A DNA stretch of 64,000 nt from Octopus sinensis (taxonomy: Eukaryota). The stretch lies in contig NC_043006.1 in the NCBI RefSeq assembly GCF_006345805.1, positions 103,292,001 through 103,356,000 of the forward strand, in the 5' to 3' direction. The notes beneath the pieces were generated by a model. That model saw only the letters and a program-made list of their open reading frames with translations. It made no database searches and was not told where the DNA came from. Positions within the stretch are counted from its first letter, which is position 1. Each line of letters opens with the position of its first letter. Below are positions 1-12,500 of the stretch, piece by piece. A program made the position numbers and the translations under genes.

Positions 1-419
1 TTAGAAGTTTAACATAACTTTTATCATATAAATGTTATATGCATTGCCTCTTTGCGCTCACTCACCTTACAAGATATTGCAGCAAAATGTCTTTAAATAT
101 AGTTTATTATCTTCAAAATGACTAAAAGTAATCACAAATACTAAATGCAAAAGCTACAAATATGGCGTTAAAAGCTTCAATGACGGTGGAACGATGTGTA
201 TTGTCACAGGATTGTTTTCTTAAGGCGTGAGAACACCGTCAGTAATGAGAGAATCTGAGAGGCTCTAAAGTTGCAGGCTGTTTGAACTAAATTCGACGAC
301 TTTTTATTCCTCCTTTTTTTTCAGTTAGAGATTGTTGTACTGATGAAGAGACAACGGCAGTGGAACGCAAGAAGATTGAATATGTGGTTGAGAAAAAAAG
401 TCAGCTTACACGGAGAACT

Positions 420-775
420 GGAAGCCACTTGAGGTGGGGTTTAACCCCATATTTTTGAAAAGAGTCTTCGGCTCAATTTAGACTGATACTAAGGCCTGTG
501 CTCAATCCCTGGTCTGAGTGAGTTGCTGCTGGAAGTCCATATGTGTTGCAGCAGGACTGGACTCCTTCTATGCCTCCGGAAAAGTCAGAGATGGTTGTCG
601 GAGATATTCTACGATTTCTCCAGGTTGTTAAAGGACTGCCTGGCCTGGTAACAAGGATGAAGAAGGTCTTCGAAGGTCTTCCCAGGGTCTCAGTGAGAAA
701 CGTATGCGCCAGATTCCAAAGCCTTTGCAGGCCGTGGTGGAAACTGAAGGCGACTATATTAAATAATCAGCCCAA
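420..775 (+). mobile_element. Tc1/mariner (maT/DD37D-like) transposase C-terminal remnant
   Basis: Translation VLNPWSE*VAAGSPYVLQQDWTPS resembles PW..VA.GRPYVFQQDSAP.H; the end ...RNVCARF / AVVETEGDYIK* resembles the mariner C-terminus; stop and frameshift present. Confidence 0.65.
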
Positions 776-1257
776 CGACTACGGTAGTTCGCTTATATGT
801 TTGTATGTATGTATTTATGCATATGTGTGTGCGCTTGCACTCATACCAACGAATAGATGCACCGGTGAATAAGTTTGGGTCGGCAGGTCATTCACTGGGC
901 TGCTTATAAACCGGGTGGTTTTCAAAGTAGGTGCAAGTATGTCACGTCGTCATCACATTTATTTCAAAGCCTCAAAAAGAGGATAAGAACGGATGTGTCA
1001 CCATTAAAGTGGTTGAATTGACGGTAAGGTTTTGGCAGGAAACTGTCAAATACGATTTGTTTCGAAACAAATCACTCGGCTTGATATTATGAGAACAATA
1101 GTTGTATTAGTAAAATTGTTTTATTAGTGTTATTAGTACGTGAATACCACACACGCTGACACTAGCTCAGTCACGTATTCACATTCACCTAATCAATGCT
1201 GGAGTGTAAATGTTTACGTAAATTGACATACACGCCTATAAACTTACCTATAACTAT

Positions 1258-1488
1258 GTATGGTATGTATGTATGTATGTATGTATTTATGTATGTATGC
1301 ATCTATCTATTATGTGTATGTGTGTGTGTGTGTATGTGTGGTGTGTGTGTGTGTGTGTGTGTACGTGTGTATGCTGGTAAGTATATGTTCTGTGTGGCAA
1401 AATGTTTGTTTCAGCTTCAGTCCAACTGCTTAGCACATGGGGAAACGATTTGAAAGTTTCGACCAGGACCTACCTAAGACTTGTGATA

Positions 1489-1528
<40 letters not shown>

Positions 1529-1539
1529 GATCTATCTAT

Positions 1540-1627
<88 letters not shown>

Positions 1628-1701
1628 ACATATATATATATATATATATGTATACACACAAAAAAACTTCATTCCTGTATGTGTGTCTGTATATATATAT
1701 A

Positions 1702-1743
<42 letters not shown>

Positions 1744-1750
1744 ATATATG
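1258..1750. repeat. Compound microsatellite (TATG)n/(TG)n, then (TCTA)n/(TA)n
   Basis: Direct reading. Confidence 0.9.
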
Positions 1751-2382
1751 GGTCTAGGTGTGTGCTTACTTATACATATTTGTCTGTATGTGTGTGTAGT
1801 GTCAAAGAGAATGGTAATTTTAATGAGTTAGAGTATGTAATATTGTAAACTTTTTTCGGTCTGTACATAAACCCCAAACGTTTCGGCTTCTCTAGTACAA
1901 TGTAAGCCATTTATACTTGTTTGTTAAGTTCCCAACACATCCATATACTGTGAGAATAATCTTGACTATGTTGCTGGAGACGTATATTCTCAGTTATGGG
2001 AATATACGTATGGAGTTGGCGGTTTATTTTAAACAGTTGATGATATTCCAACAAATTATATGATTAAATTTCTAAAGATTTTAGCATTCTCAACTTGCTT
2101 TTAAGGATTTCCTTAATCTTACAATATTGTTTAATTATACATATTTACAATAAAACTCGTGTTTGTCTGAAAAGATGTCGGGCTAATTTGTACGCACACT
2201 CACACTAGTATACAGTTATATATATATATATATATATAGATATATAAATGTATGCGCGTGTGTATTTATGCAAGCATAAACTCACACGTATATGTGTAAT
2301 ATGTATGTTACACATATATGTGTATGTGTCTGTGTGAGTGTAAATATGTTTATATATATACATGTATGTATAAATGTACATA

Positions 2383-3241
2383 CAGGCAGTCCCAAAGGAC
2401 TTTGATTAGTTTCAATTTTTAATAACTTCCTTAACTTTAGAAATAAATCCATGAAAGTTTGATTCAAGTTAAAGGACGTAATGGAAATCAACATTCACGA
2501 GTTAAATTTTGCAACCCCACAACATCTCATATGAAAAAAGGTCATCGCTTAAATCGTAGCCATTTTCGGCTTCACACGCCCCAGCTCTTTTAAAAACTTT
2601 TACCATAACACTCCCAAGAGTTTCAGTCCCCACTTCTGTGATTTCTCTCTTGATGTTCTCCTTCAGTTGCAGCAGGGTCTCCGGTTTGTTGATGTAAACC
2701 CTCTCCTTCGGGAACCCCCACAAGAAAAAAATCTGGGGTAGTCAAGTCTGGGGAACGTGAAGGCCAGTTGACATTTCCGTAGCGGTAGATTATTCTCTCT
2801 CAAAAGCACTGTCGCAGTAGCCGAATTGATTCCCTTGCGGTAAGAGCAGTTTCCCTGTCTTACCCGAAACACGTGTGAGGTCTGCTTTGAATGGCCGGGT
2901 GTAAAAGGTCTCAATCATGGATACCTGAAAGAGATGGTAAGTTTCAACAAACCGGAGACCCTGGTGCAACTGAAGGAGAACATCAATAGAAAAATCAGAG
3001 AAGTGGGTCCTGAAACTTTTGAGGGTGTTATGGTACAAGTTTTGGAAATAGCACGGGCTTGCGAAGCCGAAAATGGCTGCCATCTAAGTGATGTCATTTT
3101 TTAAATGTGATGTTGTCGTGTTGCAAAATTTGACCTGTGCATATCAGTGTCCATCATGTCCTTTATATTGTATCATGCATTTATTTCTAAAGTTAAGGAT
3201 GTTATTAAAATTTGAAACCCATCAGTGACTTTTGGGACACA

Positions 3242-3244
<3 letters not shown>
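2383..3244. mobile_element. Composite mariner element made of two transposase 3' halves in inverted orientation
   Basis: Minus arm WPSRSPDLTTPDFFLWGFPKERVYINKPETLLQLKENI...; plus arm GYLKEMVSFNKPETLVQLKENI...ENGCHLSDVIF*; TIR-like ends CAGGCAGTCCCAAAGGAC / GACTTTTGGGACACACTG, each flanked by TA. Confidence 0.8.
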
Positions 3245-3280
<36 letters not shown>

Positions 3281-3285
<5 letters not shown>

Positions 3286-4487
3286 CCAAAATGTATGCAC
3301 ACTTCAAATAATTGTAAAGTAGGTGTTTATTAAAATACATTTCATTTTCAAAATCTAATAGGCTCTACAGACATTATTTGATTTTGTCAACGCCTGTTTT
3401 CAAACTGACGTCCGTTTTGCTCCAGGAATTGCTGACAACGAGAAGCAACGGAATTGCAAACATCACGAAATAATTTGTTTAGTAGTTGTGTACATTCTTG
3501 TTAAATGGCTGCTCTCAAATCACCGACTGTTGCAGGTTTCATAACGTAGAATTTGTTTTTTAGGTCTCCCCATAAAAAAAATTTAGTGGTGTGAGGTCTG
3601 GAGAACGGAGAGGCTATTCAACGAAACTCCTCCGTGCAATCCATCTGTTTGACGAGATCTCAAGGAAGGAGCTAACATCGCGATGTTAGTGTCTGGGTGT
3701 CCCATATTGCTGAAAATATAACTCCTCATCTTCAAAGTCTTTTCTAGGTCTTGGAATGACAGACCGTTGCAGCAAGTTCAAGCAAACAGGACAAAACAGG
3801 CCAAAAGAAGAATGGCCCTATTAATCCTCTTGATGATAAGCCACACTACACTTCAGCTCCTGGTAAATTAGTATGGTTTCCTACCATAACATGCAGATTC
3901 TCATGTCTTCATTAAGTACAATTGTGGCGTTGTGGCGGCTAACTCAGCCATTTAATTTGAATGTGGGGTCAAACTCCATAAAATCTTTGTTGGAAAGTGT
4001 GCATCTTTTACACCTCATGCCAAGTATCATTCGCAGTTCTGCATGGACTAATCGTGAAACAACTTTTCCATTGACAACGCTTCAAAATGCGTTGGACAGT
4101 TGATTTAGAAATAGCCGCACAGATTTTCTTGGACTTTAGTAATACGTTTTCAGCACTCCTTCTTGCTTTGTGAGGGTACAGTGTTGGTGGTCTTCCGAAT
4201 CTTCTCCTGGACATTCTGAACAGTTCCATCGGCTTCAAACTTATCTCTAATTCGAGTGATGGTAAGTCACGTTGGTGGATCTGTTTGAAACTCCCAACTA
4301 AACTGCCTTTGTAATTCAACTGCGTTTTCACACTTCCAGTAGCATTTTAGAATGAATTTCCTTTGTTCAAAGCTTAGTCTGATTGCCATCATTAATTCAC
4401 TGATTCATTGCCATAGTTTTCATCTGGGTTGATAGAACATCAGTTGTTTATTTTCTACTAGTGTGTATGCATTTTTTCGGGACATCC
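3281..4487 (-). mobile_element. Near full-length decayed Tc1/mariner element
   Basis: Minus-strand motifs GRP...SKSTVQRILKR (HTH region), QQYGTPRH (for QQDGAPPH), LRSPDLTPLNFFLWGDLK, C-terminus QNGRQFENRR*; imperfect TIRs TGTCC(C)AAAA..ATGCA.ACAC in TA context. Confidence 0.85.
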
Positions 4488-4528
4488 TATATATGTATAT
4501 TATAATACATACATACATATATAATATA

Positions 4529-4559
<31 letters not shown>

Positions 4560-4662
4560 GTTATCCGTAATAATGAAGGGTGAAATTAATTAATTTGGAA
4601 TAATTATCAATTACACCAAGTAGTCTTCGGCATGTAAAAGCCTCATTCGAGAAAATTTAAGT

Positions 4663-5432
4663 AATACTAAGCAATAAAGGGTTTAGCAACGAATTGCCTT
4701 ATCACATACCGAATTTAGAAGTAGCAGTCAAAGAGTTATAGCTATTTCTTCTCCTAAAAAGGGAGATCTCAGTAAAAACAGCAATTGGAAGGCAGACACA
4801 ACCAGGTAAGAGAGAATGAATTGACGGCAATCTATCATACAATTTTAAGTTATCTACGGACGCACGTTTCGAAATCAAGTTTTTAGGAAAGCATAAGAAT
4901 TAAATATTAAATAATTCTACCTTACCAAAACTTCTTTTCTCTTCAGCGTAGAATACTATAATCATAAATGATTATATATTGAATTTTGAGATACTAGAAG
5001 GCACCAACTCAACTCAGTATCAGAGCGAGCTAGAATCCGCAACTAGTATCACCGGTGATACTAGTTGCGGATTCTAGCTCGCTCTGACTGAGTTGAGTTG
5101 GTGCCTTCTAGTATCTCAAAATTCAATATAATCATTATGATTATAGTATTCTACGCTGAAGAGAAAAGAAGTTTTGGTAAGGTAGAATTATTTAATATTT
5201 AATTCTTATGCTTTCCTAAAAACTTGATTTCGAACGTGCGTCCGTAGATAACTTAAAATTGTATGATAGATTGCCGTCAATTCATTCTCTCTTACCTGTT
5301 TGTGTCTGCTTCCAATTGCTGTTTTTACTGAGATCTCCCTTTTTAGTAGAAGAAATAGCTATACTCTTTGACTGCTATTTCTAATTCGGTATGTGATAAG
5401 GCAATTCGTTGCTAAACCCTTTATTGCTTAGT

Positions 5433-5435
<3 letters not shown>
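4663..5435. repeat. 773-bp near-perfect palindrome with no spacer, inside a repeat-like segment starting at about 4560
   Basis: Centre ACTAGTATCACC|GGTGATACTAGT at 5053/5054; arms align along their whole length with 9 nt of indel and 3 substitutions. Confidence 0.95.
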
Positions 5436-5489
<54 letters not shown>

Positions 5490-5679
5490 ATACATATATA
5501 CGCCAGAGACTGTCGTAGTACGGTTCCTTACTACACGTATAGCTATCAGGTGTATATGCCGTTATTGCCAGGGTAGGTGAAGTTTATCCAGCTCTGTAAA
5601 GCAAGTCACTCCTCTGTAAAACGTACAGCTTACTGGTGATTGTAGCCTCTCTTAGTCAGCTGTACCACTGCAGTGAGAC

Positions 5680-5868
5680 CTTCAACCGAAAGAGTGGAAA
5701 CAGATTGTGCCGACTGACTGCCACTTTAAGACCACTAAGCGCATGCAGGAAGACATATTTGCCTCAAGTGCGCCGGAGCCTGTCGTCCAAGGAGCGGCCT
5801 ACATAGTCACCTGCAGGCATGCCCCTCTTCTTCGTGATCTTCAGACACGAAGAAATGCCATCGTGTAA
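5680..5868 (+). mobile_element. RTE/BovB-like LINE 3' end
   Basis: ICLKCAGACRPRSGLHSHLQAC zinc-finger-like C-terminus, followed by terminal hairpin CTTCGTG...CACGAAG. Confidence 0.7.
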
Positions 5869-6499
5869 TTAAGTGCAAACTTAAAAAAGACACCCCTTTA
5901 TATATTTTATAATTTCGAATTTTGTTTTTTAAACTATAACCAACGTCAGTATGTTTAAACATTTTCTGCTGTATTTTTCTTGAGGTCTCCGATATTTTTC
6001 ATGTTGCCGGCATCCACAACAATGTGGTATGTAGTGCAAAGTGAAAATAAATTGGAGATGAGTATCGTTACAATCATGAACAAAAAACGTTTTTTCAGTG
6101 AATATAGCCAGAAGAATAACCACTTATTAGACAAAATAGATAGTTGGAATATCGACATAGACAGTATCCATCGTATATCCAATGAAGTCACCCGCTCTAA
6201 GTACGCGCCCATTCACGTTGACTGTGTGTATACATGTAATATGAAAGAAAAGGATATTGGGCAGGAGTATACGATATGATTATCGTAAATATCGTTTAGA
6301 TTAAAAAATGCATATGGAGCAGCTTGTCTGCACGTGTATGCGTATCTATATGTAGTTTATTCATATATATGTAAGTCTATTAGGTTTTTAAGGTACTCAC
6401 AATAGATAATAGAGGGATAGGGTTTTCTTGAGATATCGTCTTTTCTGGTAATACACCGAAATATTTGTTAATATAATATATCTGCAAAGATACATCAAT

Positions 6500-6530
<31 letters not shown>

Positions 6531-6748
6531 CATATCTGCCACTCTGCACAGAAACACACCCACACATCGGAAAATAAAATAGATGTATACAGCTACTTAT
6601 TTATCTACTGGCATGTATCTAGGTGTAGGCACATTTGTAGACGCGTCATATGTGTGTATATATGAGTATATATACTTATGAGAATATATATATTTATATT
6701 CTAATATATATTTATATATACATATAGGAGAGGAACCATTTATTGAAT

Positions 6749-6818
<70 letters not shown>

Positions 6819-7429
6819 CGGATACGCACACACGCACACAAACACACAGGCATATACATATGTATACACGTATGGATGAATGTATGTTTGCGTGTATGCC
6901 CTTGTAGTTATTTATATGTTTACGTATGTACTTTCGCGCCTGTACGTATCAATGTTCGTCTTGTATGTCACATCAAAAGCAAGGTAGGTAGTGTACAATA
7001 AGAAATTCAATCAATATTATCATGATGTTCACCAGAGATTTGGCAAAATCAATTTAAAAAACAAAAAGCAAAGATACTAAAGAAAAAAAAAGCAACTAAG
7101 AAATCGTAAAGAAAAAATAGACGTGCACATATAAACACACACGCACACACACACACACACACACACAGAAAAAAAACCCACTCACACAAACACACAAAAT
7201 CTAAAGTATTAACAAAAAGTAAAAGGAAAATAAATAAAAAAAAAATTAAAACATGATATACAAAACTGAAAATCGAATGTCTGGAACATGAAAATCTAGG
7301 ATGAAAGCATCTTTAATAAAAGATGTAAACAACAACAATGGCAACAGAAACAAAAATAACATCAAAAACAACATCGACAACAACAACAACAACAAAAACA
7401 AAAACACTTGCAATATAAGATATTGAAAT

Positions 7430-7493
7430 AATTACTACTACTACTACTACTACTACTACCACGATGACGACGACGACGACGACGACCACCACC

Positions 7494-7571
<78 letters not shown>

Positions 7572-7640
7572 ACTACCACCACGACGACCACCACCTACAC
7601 TACTACTAATACTACTACCACGACCACCACGACCACCACG

Positions 7641-7678
<38 letters not shown>

Positions 7679-7694
7679 AACTACTACTACCACG

Positions 7695-7734
<40 letters not shown>

Positions 7735-7885
7735 TTACTACAACTACTACTACTACTACTTCTAGGAATATTAATAGCAGCAATAATAGTACCGATGGTA
7801 GTGATGACAATAATAGCATGAACATAATAATACTAATAATGATGATGATGATGGTGGTGGTGGTGATGATAATAATAATAATAAC
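7430..7885. repeat. Compound trinucleotide microsatellite (ACT/ACC/ACG/AAT/ATG/GGT)n
   Basis: Direct reading. Confidence 0.95.
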
Positions 7886-8286
7886 AACGGTCGTAATGAT
7901 CAGATTATTCGCTAACTAATGGTTTTAACCGGGCTTCGTTTTATCTTTGCTGATGAATAAATAAAATTTGTACCATAATATTCTTTAGAAGATTCCCTTT
8001 GAAGTATTTTCTTCATACGGACAGACAGACGTATTTATCGTGGCTTTGTTATAAGGAATTGCACTGGGTCAATTTTATCACGCTCTTACTCTGTCTCTCT
8101 TTTTCTCTCTTCCAGTCTGTTTTAAATGCATTCATACACCTACATACACATATGCACACACACACACACACACAATCACATATTAAATTTTTAGAGTGCA
8201 TAGATATATAATATATAACAATGATATACATATATATACGAATTTATGTATATATGTATACATATATATATATTATATATTATACG

Positions 8287-8362
<76 letters not shown>

Positions 8363-8410
8363 GGGAGAGAGAGATAGAGAGAGAGAGAGAACAAAGTGTA
8401 CGTACGCCGC

Positions 8411-8442
<32 letters not shown>

Positions 8443-8443
8443 A

Positions 8444-8715
8444 AATACAAAATGGGACAAGAACGCAAAACATCCGGATAACTAGGTGATACAAAAAGGA
8501 ACAATAGAACATCCTGATAGACGATACAAAATAGACGGGACAATCTCAAGATTAATCAGCCGAAATTGCAATGAATGATCCGGTTCTTGACTGAGGATAG
8601 AAAACTTCGAATGACCCGTCTTCTTTTTTTTGTATCGTCTATCTGGATGTTCTGTTGTCCCTTTTTGTATCAACTGGTCGTCCGGATATATTGCGTTCTT
8701 GTCCCATTTTGTATT
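8444..8715. repeat. Inverted repeat (about 95-100-bp arms, about 75-bp spacer) embedded in (TA)n
   Basis: AATACAAAATGGGACAAGAACGCAA... at 8444 is mirrored by ...TTGCGTTCTTGTCCCATTTTGTATT ending at 8715. Confidence 0.85.
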
Positions 8716-8737
8716 ATGTATATATATATGTATATAT

Positions 8738-8800
<63 letters not shown>

Positions 8801-8873
8801 GATATATATATATATAATATATACATATATATATATACATATATATATAATATACATATATACATATATACAC

Positions 8874-8945
<72 letters not shown>

Positions 8946-8968
8946 CATATATATATATATATATATAT

Positions 8969-9014
<46 letters not shown>

Positions 9015-9447
9015 ATATACGCATATTATATTATATATGTAGCTCTGAGTAATGACAAGTGGGTTGGTAGAGTAAATGATGATTTCGCGTTCCCGAGGAA
9101 AACAAACCCGGTGTTGAACCCAACACAACGAATAACGAGGGGTAAATCAGTGATATGAGATGCCTCAAATTGAAAATGAACTTCCAGGACGCATACATTT
9201 AATTTAAGATATATTCTCTCTCTCTCTCACTCTTTCTCACTCACTCCCCCCTCTCTGTTTCTATATAGACACACGCATTCATAGACCCACATAGATATAT
9301 ATATATGTGTATATATTGTGTGGTGCTCCAGTGGTTGACTCTCTGGCTGATAACTGATGTACAATTGATGACCTTCTGTCTCTTGTGTCAGTCTCTGTAC
9401 TTAGTATATGTTCGTGTGTTTATTTACTAAACATTTTAAAATTATAT

Positions 9448-9489
<42 letters not shown>

Positions 9490-9651
9490 GTAGGTAAGTC
9501 ATATTTTCCGTTTGTTGTCTTTTTATTTAATCCTGGATATATATATATATAAATTGAGGGAGATAAATTAATATTAATTTTAATATCAATTTAAAACCAG
9601 TAGTCCAGCATTCAAAAAATCTGAGGAGTCAGAGAAAATTCAGCCCTGCCA

Positions 9652-9718
<67 letters not shown>

Positions 9719-9721
9719 AAG

Positions 9722-10555
9722 TAACATTCGTAGCCACTTCAACGTGACTGTCCGTTTGAGCGGACTCTACAGCATTTGTTAACCCGAAGAGGACATCTCC
9801 TCCAGATGGTTAACGATTCACAGCTGCATCCGATAATTCGCAGTAGAGTCCGTTTGAATGGACAGCCACGTTGAAGTGGCTAACTGCGGCTTCAAATATA
9901 AGATATATCATATCCTTTCAATTGAAAATATGAATCATAAAATAGACCGAAAAATAAACCTAAGTAAATAATATGGTACTCCCTCCCACTTTCTATCTGG
10001 ATGTGAAAACTAACAGGCAATAAATTCCTGACTCTTTTAGATAAGCATTTCCCAGTAAACCACAAATACAGAAAGATCTTTTACAGACGCTCAGTTAAAA
10101 TATCATAAATCTGCTGCCCCAATATGAAGAATATTTTTTAATTTCTTTATTGACCACAGGGGGCTAAACACAGAAGAGACAAACAAGGACGGACAAGGCG
10201 ATTAAGTCGATTACATCGACCCCAGTAATTAACTGGTACTTATTTAATCGACCCCGAGAGGATGAAAGGCAAAGTCGACCTCGGCGGAATTTGAACTCAG
10301 AACGTAACGGCAGACAAAATACCGCTAGGGATGTCGCCCGGCGTGCTAACGTTTCTGCCAGCTCGCCGCCAATATGGAGAATATTATCACCAGAAAACAT
10401 CACCAAGAACCCAACAACCAAAAAGAAAAATTACATCGGGTTATGCGACAGCAATTTCAAAAAACCTTATGAAAGCCACTTCTCTTCTTCCCGGGACAGT
10501 AAGTTGGCTAAACAAGAACGGATTTTAAGTCCAACTGCACATCATATATAATCGA
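9722..10555 (+). mobile_element. Penelope-like element remnant (RT-EN linker and GIY-YIG), interrupted by a SINE
   Basis: WYSLPLS...GNKFLTLLDKHFPVNHKYRKIFYRRSVKIS*ICCPNMKNI matches the PLE WYNPPFS...DKHFP...KIFNR..VK.SYSCMPN motif; KNYIGLCDSNFKKPYESH matches the GIY-YIG YIG motif. Confidence 0.72.
10136..10370 (-). mobile_element. tRNA-head SINE family A (~235 bp) with 15-bp TSD
   Basis: Reverse complement of GGCGGCGAGCTGGCAGAAACGTTAGC...GAGTTCAAATTCCGCC...; TSD AATATGAAGAATATT (10121-35) / AATATGGAGAATATT (10371-85). Confidence 0.9.
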
Positions 10556-10775
10556 GCGAAGAATCGTGGAGTAATCCAAGTTACATGGATATGGATCTAA
10601 GAAACGTCATTTATGTGTAGCAGAAAGATCTCATATTCTTCTTAGATCCTAGCATTCTCAAAACTATTTCATTCCAGATCTGACAGTTTCAGAAAAAGCA
10701 AACATATGGAGATATAAATAATACACTCCTACACACTCACACACATACACACAAACTAACACATGTATATGTATG

Positions 10776-10827
<52 letters not shown>

Positions 10828-10838
10828 TATATATATAT

Positions 10839-10869
<31 letters not shown>

Positions 10870-10878
10870 TATAATATA

Positions 10879-10934
<56 letters not shown>

Positions 10935-10950
10935 ATGTATGTATGTTTAT

Positions 10951-11200
10951 GTCAGGTCACTTTCGAGTGCTACTGGTAACATGTAACCCAGTACAACCTG
11001 ATGCATGGTCAGGTCGTCGGCGACTAAACCGGCAACCCCTCCAAGCTTGCTTGGTGAGGATGGTGTTTATTGGACACCCTGTTGGATGAAAAACAAAACC
11101 TATCAAAGAGCGGAGGAACTCTTTGGAATCAACGGCCATCTGATAAATGTCTTAAGGCTGTATCATGCGCGGAGACATAGAAATAATCGGACTGAATACT
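10951..11200 (+). mobile_element. 5' part of RTE-derived non-autonomous element
   Basis: Aligns with 28356-28610 (GTCAGGTCACTTTCGAGTGCTACTGGTAACATG...); starts directly after a (TATG)n tract. Confidence 0.7.
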
Positions 11201-11640
11201 GGAGGCTCTTTAGACCAGAACGAGGGTAAAATAGCAAACGCTGGAGAAATATTTTCGTTGAAGAGAAAAGAGAAGAGAGAGATAGAATGCTTCCAGTCCT
11301 TAGGACAATCCTGAAAGAAAAGAAAGATGATTACGTGAAGGGAAGAAAGATGGATGATGGTCACGTGTGAGCAACGAGATAGAGAAAAGGAGAAATAGTG
11401 GGAGAGATAGACAGATCGAAATCGGTGAGGGGCAGAAAAAAGGGGAATAGAGAAAGGCTGAGAGAGAAAACGGTGGGTGAGAATACAGCATAGATTAGAT
11501 CCGCATAAAAAAATAAGATACATTTATTTGGAAATGGTTGAGTGACGTTCAATCAAATAATAATACGATATGTATATATATATAATATATATATATCTAT
11601 ATCTATATACATATACATGTATACATACATACATACATAC

Positions 11641-11714
<74 letters not shown>

Positions 11715-12050
11715 AAAACGATAAAAACGTTTTGAAAACTTTGCATAAAAAAATCATATATATATATACATACATTTGCATATATGGGTATAGGACGTCA
11801 CCAACAGTAAACAACATGAAATACGAAAACAATTGAGTTCAATAAGCAAATAACGAAAGAAACAAATGGAGAACAGGACAAGTGACATAAAGAACGATCC
11901 TTCGTTCAGTTGTCGGCTGTCTATCTACTCGTCATATCGAGATATCGAGCATTGAACGACAAAATTAGTCTTCGAAGACAGTTGCTCGCATAAGTACCAA
12001 ATACATTTATATATATATATATATAAATAGAGTGAGAGAGGGGGGGAGAG

Positions 12051-12086
<36 letters not shown>

Positions 12087-12291
12087 GAATTAACATTTCA
12101 TATTTTCTTAACATCTACTCTATGTTGGTTTCTTGGTATGTTGCCTCTTGTTTTTATATGATCCTGTAATGTAGTTTCTTATTTCAGTGTACCGGTCTCT
12201 TAATATCACATGTACATTTAGGGCGGTGGCTTGGTAGAAACGTTACAGTATTGGGGAAACTGCTGTATTTTTCAAAAACAAAAATCTCTGG

Positions 12292-12500
12292 GCGCTAGTA
12301 AAATCGTTACTGCTCCATACGAAATGCTTAGTGACATTTCGTCCGTTTTTACATTCTGAGTTCAAATTCCGCTGAAGTCGACTTTGCTTTTCCCCCTTTC
12401 AGAGGGTGATAAAATAAGTACCAGTTGCCACATTATGGCCAATGAAAATAAACTTACCCTTTCTCCGAAATTACTGGCCTTGTGCAGTAAATCGAAAACA
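12292..12500 (+). mobile_element. Degenerate SINE family A-related copy
   Basis: TTCTGAGTTCAAATTCCGCTGAAGTCGACTTTGC core. Confidence 0.6.

Noticed and set aside
1054-1073. 20-bp palindrome GATTTGTTTCGAAACAAATC
   Set aside because: 10-bp arms are near chance expectation in 64 kb of AT-rich DNA
1875-1915. GGCTT...AAGCCGAAACG hammerhead-like half on the minus strand
   Set aside because: The CUGANGA box is absent
4620-4655. Hammerhead-like CGAATGAGGC...GCCGAAG on the minus strand
   Set aside because: Both catalytic boxes deviate and no stem I/III could be built
7313-7919. Poly-Thr, poly-Val or mucin-like ORFs
   Set aside because: Pure trinucleotide microsatellite; no splice context or unique coding sequence
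8191-9158. YI-repeat ORFs (also 1.4, 10.8, 24.2, 60.2 kb)
   Set aside because: (TA)n artefacts
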